Source of the DNA: Dendrobates tinctorius
Lineage: Eukaryota
Assembly: GCF_039654945.1 (NCBI RefSeq)
Contig: NW_027361924.1
Coordinates: 4,526,001 to 4,590,000, forward strand
Reading direction: 5' to 3'
DNA length: 64,000 nucleotides
A model generated the notes under the pieces. That model was not told the DNA's origin and ran no database searches. It worked only from the letters and a program-made list of their open reading frames with translations. Positions 23,401 to 35,400 of the stretch are shown here, one piece after another. A program made the translations under genes and the position numbers. Numbering within the stretch: the stretch's first letter is position 1; every line of letters starts with the position of its first letter.

Positions 23401-26400
23401 TCGCTACTAATATGCAGGTCAAGACGTTCATTCAAGGGGTCTCTCATTTGGTGCCCCCCTATAGAGCGCCCATAGACTCCTGGGATCTTAACCGTGTCCT
23501 GCTGGAAGCTCCTTTTGAGCCGTTACAAGAAATTTCATTATCATACCTTTCCAGGAAGCTCGTATTCTTGGTAGCCATAACTTCCATTAGGCGGGTCTCG
23601 GAGTTGGCAGCCCTATCTTGTAGAGCACAGTTTCTTACCTTTTACAAGGATAAGGTGGTCCTTAGACCAGCTCCTCCCTTTCTGCCGAAGGTCGTGTCCT
23701 CTTTCCACATTAATGAGGACATTGTGCTGCCTTCATTTTGTCCAGCGCCAGTACATAGGGTGGAAAGGGCGCTCCACACTTTGGACCTAGTAAGAGCGCT
23801 CAGGAGGTACGTGTCGAGGACGGCACCTTTTCGACAGACTCACTGTTTGTGATCCCCGAAGGGCGCAGGAAGGGGCTCGCAGCCTCAAGGTTGACCATAG
23901 CCAGATGGATTCGTCTAACTATTCAAGAGGCTTACCGTATTAGAGGCACACCGATTCCAGCAGGGATATAGGGGCGCACTCTACTCGGGCAGTGGGCGCT
24001 TTGGCACCAGGCTTCGGCAGAGCAGGTATGGAAGGCGGCAACCTGGTCCAGCCTACATACTTTTTCTAAGCATTACAATGTGCATACTCAGGCTTCGTCA
24101 GATGCGAGCCTGGGTAGAAAAATTCTCCAAGCAGCAGTGGCGCACCTTTAGACAGGAGGGCATGCCGCTTGGATTGGTGAGTTGACTTCCCACCCAGGGA
24201 CTGCTTTAGGACGTCCCACAGTACCTGTGTCCCCCAATGAAACGAAGGAGAAACATGGATTTTTGTGAGTGCTCACCGTAAAATCCTTTTCTCCGAGACG
24301 CTCATTGGGGGACACAGCACCCACCCTGATAGCCAGTTGGCTCTTGTTTATTTAATGAATATAATTCCTTTTTTAAATTAAGGTGGTCCTTTTTCAGACA
24401 TATGGTATTCTGCTTTAAGGCTAAATTGTTTTTGTGTTCTCCTACTGCTATTGCACTAAAATGGTTTCTGCCCGCAATCGGGGCGAGGGTGTATGAGGAG
24501 GAGCTAACTTTTTTTTTGTATACTTAGTGGTCAGCCTCCAAACGGCAGTAGCATACACCCCACAGTACTTGTGTCCCCCAATGAGCGTCTCGGAGAAAAG
24601 GATTTTACGGTGACTACTCACAAAAATCCATGTTTCTCTGACTTTTTTTCCTCAGGTTTTGGAGACTTGTGTGAAGAATTGTGGCCATCGATTTCATGTG
24701 CTTGTGACGCACCGCGACTTTATAGATGGAGTCCTGGTAAAAATCATCTCTCCTAAGAACAACCCCCCGACCATCGTGCAGGATAAAGTCCTGGCCCTGA
24801 TACAGGTGGGCAGCGCAGGGTGCTACTGGGACAAGGAGCTGAGCCCTCTTCTCCCATGTTCTTGAGCCCTATCTCTGTCTCCCTCTCTTTTCTTTTTTCG
24901 CTTTCTCTATTTTCTTTTTCTTTCTGTTTCTCTCTTTTTCACTCCCTTTCTCTTTTTTTTTTTTTCCTCTCGTGTCTTTTTTCTTTCTCTTTTCCTTTTT
25001 TCCCTTTTTCTGTCTTTCTTTCTTTCTTTCTTTCTCGCTCTCTCGCACTCCCTCATGACATTCCAATGTGTGTGGGGGGCTTTACTGATGCCCTCACATT
25101 CCTATGTTCTCTCGCTCTCTCTGGCCCTCACATTCCTATGTTCTCTCGCTCTCTCTGGCCCTCGCATTCCTATGCTCTTTCTCTCTCTCTGGCCCTCACA
25201 TTCTTTTGTTCTCTCTCTGGCCCTCACATTCCTATGTTTTCTCTCTCTTTCTTTCTTTTTCTCTCTCTCTCTCTCTGGCCCTCACATTCCTATGTTTTCT
25301 TTCTCTTTTTTTTTTTTGCTCGCACTCTCGCCCTCGCCCTCACATTCCTATGTTCTCTCTATGGCCCTCACATTTCTATGTTCTCTCTCTCTCTCTGGCC
25401 TTCACATTTCTATGTTCTCTCGCTCTCTCTGGCCTTCACATTCCTATGTTCTCGCTCTGGCCCTCATATTCCTATGTTCTCTCTCTCTCACTCTCACTCT
25501 CCCTCTCCCTCGCATTCCTGTTCGCTCTCTCTGGCCCTCGCATTCCTANNNNNNNNNNNNNNNNNNNNNNNNNNNNNNNNNNNNNNNNNNNNNNNNNNNN
25601 NNNNNNNNNNNNNNNNNNNNNNNNNNNNNNNNNNNNNNNNNNNNNNNNNNNNNNNNNNNNNNNNNNNNNNNNNNNNNNNNNNNNNNNNNNNNNNNNNNNN
25701 NNNNNNNNNNNNNNNNNNNNNNNNNNNNNNNNNNNNNNNNNNNNNNNNNNNNNNNNNNNNNCTCTCTCCCTCCTATGCGCTCTATCTGGCGCTCGCATTC
25801 CTGTTCGCTCTCTCTGGCCCTCGCATTCCCATGTTCTTTCTCTCTCTCTGGCCCTCACATTCCTCTGTTCTCTCTCTGGCCCTCATGTTCCTATGTTCTC
25901 TCTCTCTCTGGCCCTCATGTTCCTATGTTCTCTCTCTCTCTCTGGCCCTCACGTTCCTGTGTTCTCTCTCTCTCTCTGGCCCTCACGTTCCTGTGTTCTC
26001 TCTCTCTCTCTGGCCCTCACGTTCCTGTGTTCTCTCTCTCTCTCTGGCCCTCACGTTCCTGTGTTCTCTCTCTCTCTCTCTGGCCCTTACGTTCCTGTGT
26101 TCTCTCGCTCTCTCTGGCCCTTACGTTCCTGTGTTCTCTCGCTCTCTCTGGCCCTTACGTTCCTGTGTTCTCTCGCTCTCTCTGGCCCTTACGTTCCTGT
26201 GTTCTCTCGCTCTCTCTGGCCCTTACGTTCCTGTGTTCTCTCGCTCTCTCTGGCCCTTACGTTCCTGTGTTCTCTCTCTCTCTCTCTCTGGCCCTTACGT
26301 TCCTGTGTTCTCTCTCTCTCTCTCTGGCCCTCACGTTCCTGTGTTCTCTCTCTCTCTCTCTGGCCCTCACGTTCCTGTGTTCTCTCGCTCTCTCTGGCCC

Positions 26401-29400
26401 TTACGTTCCTGTGTTCTCTCGCTCTCTCTGGCCCTTACATTCCTGTGTTCTCTCGCTCTCTCTGGCCCTCACGTTCCTGTGTTCTCTCTCTCTCTCTCTG
26501 GCCCTCCCGTTCCTATGTTCTCTCTCTCTCTCTGGCCCTCACATTCCTCTGTTCTCTCTCTCTGGCCCTCACATTCCTCTGTTCTCTCTATGGCCCTCAC
26601 ATTCCTATGTTCTCTCTCTCTGGCCTTCACATTCCTATGTTCTCTCGCTCTCTCTGGCCCTCACATTCCTATGTTCTCTCTCTGGCCCTCACATTCCTCT
26701 GTTCTCTCTCTCTCTGGCCCTCACATTCCTATGTTCTCTCGCTCTCTCTGGCCCTCACATTCCTATGTTCTCTCCCTCTGGCCCTCACGTTCCTATGTTC
26801 TCTCTCTCTCTCTGGCCCTCACGTTCCTGTGTTCTCTCGCTCTCTGGCCCTTACGTTTCTGTGTTCTCCCTCTCCCTCTCCCTCTCCCTCTCCCTCTCCC
26901 TCTCCCTCTCCCTCTCCCTCTCCCTCTCCCTCTCCCTCTCCCTCTCCCTCCTCCTCCCCCCCCCCCCCCCTATTCCTATCTCTGGTCCTCACGCTCCTAT
27001 GTTCTCTCTCTCTGGCCCTCACATTCCTATGTTCTCTCTCTCTGGCCCTCACATTCCTATGTTCTCTCTCTTTTGCTCTTTCTCTAGACCTCCTTTTTTC
27101 TCCCCTTGTCCTCTGTTTCTCATTCGTGAATCATATTAACAATCACTAGTTAAAAATTAGTGAGCAAATTACCTGATAAATAAGACATTGGACACTGATC
27201 GCTCTAGTGCCGCGTGTCCCATCAGCTGGATGGCGGCTCATATGAGGTTTCTCTGGGTAGATCATATGTCCCTGGGCAGACCGCTGGGCTCCTGTGTCAC
27301 AGGGACCTCGCTGTGCCGGGGACCTCAGCAGCCTCAGTACCCAGCAGGCTTTTCTCCGGCTCATCTATCCCCATCATCCCTGGCTTTTTGGCTATTGAGA
27401 CAGTCAGCGAGGTAAGCGACGCTCTTATGAGGATGATCGGGTACAAGACCTGAGGTTTGAGAAGTCTCGATCGTTTTTGGCATCTTTTTGTGACTGCGAT
27501 GGTGTTATTCTCCCTCATATAGATGGGATTTAGACTTCGTGCTTCCCGTGTGCATTCATGTTGCCAGATAGCAGAACCTGCAATGTTTTGTGCGGTGACA
27601 TTCCTGCTCCAATTGTCCTCCTTCCACAAGTATCTGTGGACAGTAATGTCTCTGGGATTTCATCTATGTCTCTTATCTCTCTGTTCCTGTTTTCCAGGCT
27701 TGGGCCGACGCGTTTCGGAGCAGCCCCGACCTCACCGGAGTGGTGCATATTTATGAAGAGCTGAAAAGAAAAGGGATTGAGTTTCCCATGGCCGATCTCG
27801 ATGCCCTGTCTCCGATACACACTCCACAAAGGGTAGGAAATCACCTTTAATTTGTAGAAAATCTCATGCGACGCACATCCGTGCAGATCTGGAAAAGGAC
27901 AGGACCTTAGGGACCCAAGAATTTTTAATTTTTCCCTACTTCTATTCCAAGAGCCATACCTTTTTTTTTTTTGTGGTGGTGGGAGTTTTGTTTCTACAGC
28001 GTTTATTGTATGGTAAAAACTGGGTAATTTTTTTTTTATTTTTTAATCATTTTAAACAAATTAAATATTTTACTATTCTTACGGTTTGTCACCTACGGAA
28101 ACTAAGAAAATGATGGAAAAATGAAAAATAAACACATATTATTTTTTTAAATCTATTTTGTACATGTGTATATTTTTTATAACGTTTTATTTTTAATTTT
28201 TCATTTATTTTTTTAGTGTCCCTAGGTGACAGAAACCTACAATAATTTGATCGCTTACACTATATAATTCAATACCACAGTGTTACGGTATGTAGAGGAG
28301 CCGCGATCTCCTGTGCCGTCTGCAGGGTCCGGGCCACTGAATTTTCTTGCAGACAGAGACTACAGGATTAATAATTCATAGCTGCAGTGTATCGGGTGCA
28401 GTGTGTCCTCTGCTGTCAGTCTTAGTGTGCGCTCTACATGATTATCGGCAGCTGCAGTACATTGCTAGGAAAAGTCCAATTATTCGGCACATGACTCTCC
28501 AGACCTGTGACCACACAGACTATAGGACTGTAGCTGCCAGGCCGAAGTTTCCCTTGTAATGTGTCCTGTTTTACACAGAGCGTGCCCGAGGTGGACCCCG
28601 CTATGAACATGCATACGCCCCAGTCCCACCAGCGGGCGAACTCGGGTTCTTTCTCGTCATCTCCGGCGCCATTCACCACCCCAGCAGCACCTACGCCAAG
28701 CGTGCGTGGGCCAATCACTGCCAACTCAGAACAGGTAAGCCATAGGCTTTCACGGGCCATGTCCGGAGTCATCGCCACTGCTCACTATATCTACGCGGTC
28801 ACGTCTTCTGCTTACACTCCAGATCGGCCGCCTGAGGAGCGAGCTGGATATCGTTCGCGGAAACACTAAGGTCATGTCTGAGATGCTGACGGAGATGACT
28901 CCTGGCCAAGAAGACGCCTCTGATCTGGAGCTTCTGCAGGTAGGGGGCGCTCCGCCGATACAGAGGATGGATCCCCGCATTATTGGGATTCGGATCTGGG
29001 CCCAGACTGTCCGTGTTTATAGGACCTGAACCGGACCTGCCGAGCGATGCAGCAGCGGATCGTGGAGCTGATCTCTCGAGTGTCCAACGAGGAGGTGACC
29101 GAGGAGCTGCTGCACGTCAACGACGACTTGAATAACGTCTTCCTCAGATATGAAAGGTAAGGAAGAAGCGTTGTGGAGAGCCTGACGCCGCACGTCCTCC
29201 TGACTAATGGCCGTTCCTTCTTCATTAGGTTCGAGCGCTACAGGTCAGGCCGCGCCGCTCCGAACACGAACGGGGTGAGACTGCGCCGGAGCCGCTTTAA
29301 GCTTGTAGTCCCCCCCCCCCCCCCCCCCTAAATAGTAGCCACTGATTATGTATTTCCCGTCGCAGATGCTGAGTGAGGTCACGGAGGATAATCTGATAGA

Positions 29401-32400
29401 CCTGGGTCCTGGATCCCCTGCAGTCGTGAGCCCAATGGTGGGGAACACCGCCCCGGCGTCACTAACAACCCAGCTGGGAGGACTTGGTAAATAACAACGA
29501 AATGATCCAACAAATTGCAGCCATTCTTAACCCATTAATGTCTGATCTTCAGTAATACAGGTTCCTGCAGATTTAGGCGGATGTATAGGCTCCGTGGTCG
29601 GGAAGAGAATGGGAGCTGTAAGGTTAGGATAAAGGGGTCCTAAAAGTCAACTACTCCCTGTGACATCCATAGCAAACCAGATTTATGGGTGGAAGTTAAT
29701 CAGGCCCATGTGACGACGCTCGCCTGCCCCGTGTCTAGAAGAGCCGCACATTGCTCTATTAAATGGGGGGGAGGGATTTTTTTAAGCTGCATCTGGTCTC
29801 AAAATTAAATAGGAAACTTTCTCTTTCAGATGTCGGATCTAATAGTGTGAGCTCCACCCTCAGCGCGCTCCCCAACACCAACCCGCGGGACGACTTCGAT
29901 ATGTTTGCACAAACAAGGAGCAGTTCTCTGGCCGAACAGAGGAAGGAGTGAGTATGAGATCTGTGCATGGTGGTGTCTTATAGCCTAGGAAATCGCTAAC
30001 AAAACATATTGGTGAGTTCAGCACATAGTGATCGTGTAAGTGCTGATGTATATCCAATCCTCTGTGCTGATTCACTTCATAATACATCTTAATTTTCACC
30101 TTACAGCTCCAAATCTCATACACAGAATGTGATTATTTACATTTGTCTGTCTGTAGTCACCACTAGGGGGAGCTCCCTGTATACAGAGATACATGATAAG
30201 ATCCTGTCTGCAGTCACCACTAGGGGGAGCTCCCTGTATACAGAGATACATAAGATCCTGTCTACAGCCACCACTAGGGGGAGCTCCCTGTATACAGAGA
30301 TACATGATAAGATCCTGTCTGCAGTCACCACTAGGGGGAGCTCCCTGTATACAGAGATACATCATAAGAACCTGTCTGCAGTCACCACTAGGGGAAACTC
30401 CCTGTATCCAGAGATACATGATAAGATCCTGTCTGCAGCCACCACTAGGGGGAGCTTTCTGTATACTGAGATACATAAGATCCTGTCTGTAGTCACCACT
30501 AGGGGGAGCTCCCTGTATACTGAGATACATAAGATCCTGTCTGTCGTCACCACTAGGGGGAGCTCCCTGTATACTGAGATGCATTAGATCCTGTCTAGTC
30601 ACCACTAGGGGGAGCTCCCTGTATAGAGATACAGTGAATACATACATAAACCCTATGCAATAAGCTCCCTCTAGTGACACTGGGTGAATAGAATTCTGCT
30701 TTTTATTATCAATATTATTGGGTAATATAAATATAATCCTGTTATTAGGGTGAAGGTTGTCATCTTGAAGACTACACAAAAAGTACTTGCATCTATTACT
30801 GCCATGTGTCATCTATTTAATTGACACTTTTCTCTCTGGCAGTGTGACGTACGAGGACCCCCAAGCTCTCGGTGGGCTGGCAATTGCTTTAGATGTCCGG
30901 CAGCAGAACACAGGAGGGGTATGTAGCGCCCGGCCAGAGCCTTGGTCATCGGCTGGTTTTAACTATATGACTTCTGGCACAATGGTATACAGCCCGCAGT
31001 TCCTTCTTAGGAGCAATAGGTGGTGCCAGACCAATGCATTGAAGTAATAGGAGCTTCACGGTCACAGACGAGTGCTGATCCTGCAGAGCAGATCGATGCA
31101 TCTGCCCTCGTCCCCCGGCGGAGGCGAACATTGATCCATCAGGCCGCACCGCTGTGAGCGTAGTATTGATGATTAGTCTTTATGAGCTGCCGATTGTGCT
31201 GCTCTCAGCTATAAAGCTTATTTCTCTAATGATAAGGACCTGGTCGCTCCGAGATCAATGGATCATGTGCGTGGACTCGGGCACCATCTCTTTATGCATC
31301 ATGTCCTCCTCACACTGTTTCACGGTATATAATCTCTATTTTTTTTTTTTTCTTGTGTTTTTTATTTTTTACGCCATTTTGGGGTTTTGTCCCAGAGGAG
31401 AGGTAGAGCTGGAGTCTCAGCCATGGAGCCCATAGACAAGTGGCTCATTACTCAAGGAATGGTGAGCAGTGCTCCCGCAGGTAGACCTCCCCCATAACCA
31501 TCTGACCCCCTTCACCCTCGTGGCATCTTACCAACCTAACCGAGCGGAGCGTGAGCAGCCGGATATCTGCTTGTACGGCACCAGCCACCCCTGTAACTGC
31601 AGAACATATATATTCTATAGGGTAATATAGCAGCGAACCCTGGCGCCTGCGGGTCTATCGAGGCATCCTAGGACGGACCGACGTCCATGTATCCAGCATA
31701 TGGCGGTGTGTCTGCCGTCACGTCCCATCATGCAGTGCACACGACTCGCAGATATCTGGCTATTAATCCCTGCAATCCTGATCCTCAGCGTCTGTGTCTG
31801 GACTCCTGGGATAAACACAAGTTTTAACTAAAATTATCTATATTTTTTTAACAGGTATTTACAATGTGTCTAAAATAATTTTGGGGATAGTTTACTTTGT
31901 GTCCACAGCTCCTATACACGACAATGTGTTTCCATGGTAACCGTCTGAAAGCATGCCTTGTGTAGTCTGGTTCTGCAGTCCTTTTAGATGAGGACATTTC
32001 ATCAAAGCTGAACCAATTGCCCACGCTAAATGCTGTCCCGGGATTCCAAAGAGGGGCCCGAAAATGTGAGGGAGGAACTGATTGAAGGAGCATATGAGGG
32101 GATCCTGGAGACGTGGAGCATATGAGGGGGGATCCTGAAGAGGAGGAGCATATGAGGGGGGATCCTGAAGAGGAGGAGCATATGAGGGGGGATCCTGGAG
32201 AGGAGGAGCATATGAGGGGGGATCCTGGAGAGGAGGAGCATATGAGTGGAGATCCTGGAGACCAGGAGCATATGAGGGAATCCTGGAGAGGAGTATATGA
32301 GGGGGAATCATGGAGAGGAGGAGCATATGAAGGGAGATCCTGGAGTGGAGGAGCATATGAGGGGGGATCCTGGAGAGGAGGAGCATATGAGGGGGGATCC

Positions 32401-35400
32401 TGGAGAGGAGGAGCATATGAGGGGGGATCCTGGAGAGGAGGAGCATATGAGGGGGGATCCTGGAGAGGAGGAGCATATGAGGGGAGATCCTGGAGAGGAG
32501 GAGCATATGAGGGGGGATCCTGGAGAGGAGGAGCATATGAGGGGAGATCCTGGAGAGGAGTATATGAGGGGAGATCCTGGAGAGGAGGAGCATATGAAGG
32601 GAGATCCTGGAGAGGAGGAGCATATGAGGGGGAATCCTGGAGAGGAGGAGCATATGAAGGGAGATCCTGGAGAGGAGGAGCATATGAGGGGGGATCCTGG
32701 AGAGGAGGAGCATATGAAGGGAGATCCTGGAGAGGAGGAGCATATGAGGGGGGATCCTGGAGAGGAGGAGCATATGAAGGGAGATCCTGGAGAGGAGGAG
32801 CATATGAGGGGGGATCCTGGAGAGGAGGAGCATATGAGGGGAGATCCTGGAGACTAGGAGCATATGAGGTATTCCTGGAGAGGAGTATATGAGGGGAGAT
32901 CCTGGAGAGGAGGAGCATATGAAGGGAGATCCTGGAGAGGAGGAGCATATGAGGGGGGATCCTGGAGAGGAGGAGCATATGAGGGGGGATCCTGGAGAGG
33001 AGGAGCATATGAGGGGGGATCCTGGAGAGGAGGAGCATATGAGGGGGGATCCTGGAGAGGAGGAGCATATGAGGGGGGATCCTGGAGAGGAGGAGCATAT
33101 GAGGGGGGATCCTGGAGAGGAGGAGCATATGAGGGGGGATCCTGGAGTGGAGGAGCATATGAGGGAATCCTGGAGAGGAGTATATGAGGAGATCCTGCAG
33201 AGGAGACTACTTTACTGAACTTCTCTGTCAGTTCTGGAGTATTGACCCCTGAAATAAGCGGGGGCTGCTGTGCTCTCCTCTCCTCCTCCGCTTTTCGTGC
33301 ATGCAGAACCCTCCGCTCGCTCCTGCAGCCGGCGATACCCTTCTTATCATAGGAAGCAATGCCGCACTGATTGCATCCAGCACTTCACGCGGACGGGTCC
33401 AAATTCCCCCGTGACACGACTTGTGTTTCCAGGAGACGATTCCTGTCTAAAGTCCCTGACACGTGTGCGAGTCATTGATCCTGGTCCTCGTGCCAGCCTC
33501 GCACCCGCCGCTCCTATGTAAGCTCTGCACCGCAGCCGGCCTGGGGGGCTTCTATAGCCGTGATCACCAGCCGGCCCTCAGCATGTCAGGGCATGCTGGG
33601 AGTTGTAGTTATGAATCAGCTGGAGAGACACAGGTTGGAAAACACTGGTGCAGCAGGTAACAACCCCACAGCTGGCGAGCGTCAGAGGTGAGGACAGGCA
33701 AGATGGCGACAACAGGCAAAATGGAGGCCAGTGCCCGATACTGAATGGAAGGGGGGGACGAGCAGCAGATTAAAGGGTCAGATAATGGTCGTCATCCCGA
33801 GATCTCACCCCTTATATCATAATCGCATGGAAGCAAACTTGTGCTTATACGAGGAGCGGAGACGCTGCCCGTCCCTGTAGCGCTGACACCGCCCGCTAAT
33901 CTCCACTGACACCGCAGCCGCTAACCTGTCGATCCCTAGACGTGTCTCATGTCTCTGTATGTTTAATAGCGGAATGAAGCTTGCCCATCAATCATAATCA
34001 TTCTCTTTATGTGTCAGTTTCTCAACAATTCCAGCATCTCTGGAAGCACCATATGAGCGGCACTAGGCTAGCATCGGACTTTGGGTCTGACTACACCTTA
34101 TATTCACTGACAGCAAGAAGAGATCTTCAAAAAATGGTGAAACATAAAGTATATTAAGAGTTCATAGACTTTATGCTTTAGGCTTAGTCTGGGAATCATG
34201 GCTGCTAATTTATAGCCTAATATCCTCCATATAAAACCACTTGGCGCAGCGCCACCCTCATCTGCAGGCAGCGTCTGGTATTGCACCTTTTAATCATGCG
34301 CCCCCTGGTGGCTTACTGAGTTCAGTAAAGCAGCCATTTCTGGACAAGCCCTGGTCAGTAAAACATTTGCCCACTTGCCCAGGGGCATCCATGAAGATCT
34401 ATAGTCACAGGTTCCTAACATGTCTGTTCTAGTGCCCTGTTCTGCCGCCGCCGCCCCGGCTATGGCGTTGTCATCCTCATGTTGTTTTCCTTTCTCCGTT
34501 ATTACCTCTTCATCTTTAGCACATTTTCTGTTGTCATATTTTGCATTTTTTGTTTCTTTTATTCATTTTATTTTTCCCCTGCTCGTTTTGCCATTCCACC
34601 GCGCCTCATGCTTCTGGATGTATTTTGGCTGCACGTGCTTGCTGTAGATTCCCGTGGCGCAGGCCTCGGACATGGATGACCTAGAAGAGTGGCTCGGGAC
34701 GGACGTGGTGAGATGCTCTTCTACTCGTCACTCGGATATGGGTCTGAACTGCTATGTCTGTGTATATGCGCTTAGTGAGAAATCAATGTGACCAACATTA
34801 CCGGAATATGATGTCAATGGTGGAAGGGATTATCAGAGCTGTAATGTATGGTATGATGTCATTCCCTCCCACCAGTGACCTCATACACATACACCTCTGA
34901 TAATCCTTCCTACTGATGACATCATACACATACACCTCTTGTAATCCCTCCCATTGATGACATCATACACATACACCTCTGATAATCCCTCCCACTGATG
35001 ACATCATACACATAAACCTCTTGTAATCCCTCCCACTGATGACATCATACAGCTCTTGTAATCCCTCCCACTGATGACATCATACATATACACCTCTGAT
35101 AATCCCTCCCACTGATTACATCATACACATACACCTCATGTAATCCCTCCCACTGATGACATCACACATGCACCTCATGTAATCCCTCCCACTGATGACA
35201 TCACACATGCATCTCTTGTAATCCCTCCCACTGATGACGACATACACATACACCTCTGGTAATCCCTCCCACTGATGACATCATACACATACACCTCTTG
35301 TAATCCCTCCCACTGAGGACATCATACACATACACCTCTTGTAATCCCTCCCACTGATGACATCATACACATACACCTCTTGTAATCCCTCCCACTGAGG

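Larger units (their letters stand above)
18485..24638 (+). mobile_element. DIRS1-like tyrosine-recombinase retrotransposon, full length, decayed
   Basis: Inverted terminal repeats (~18485-18640 and ~24455-24638); internal complementary region ~24215-24317 matching both ends; gag, RT/RNase H/MTase-like and YR ORFs; TTTCTC at both junctions. Confidence 0.95.

Noticed and set aside
24820-27149. 680-755 aa Leu/Ser-rich ORFs
   Set aside because: Pyrimidine-rich tandem repeat spanning an N gap.
31848-33218. Prion-like or collagen-like repeat ORFs ([20 protein letters not shown])
   Set aside because: 30-bp intronic VNTR open in several frames, with no splice context.
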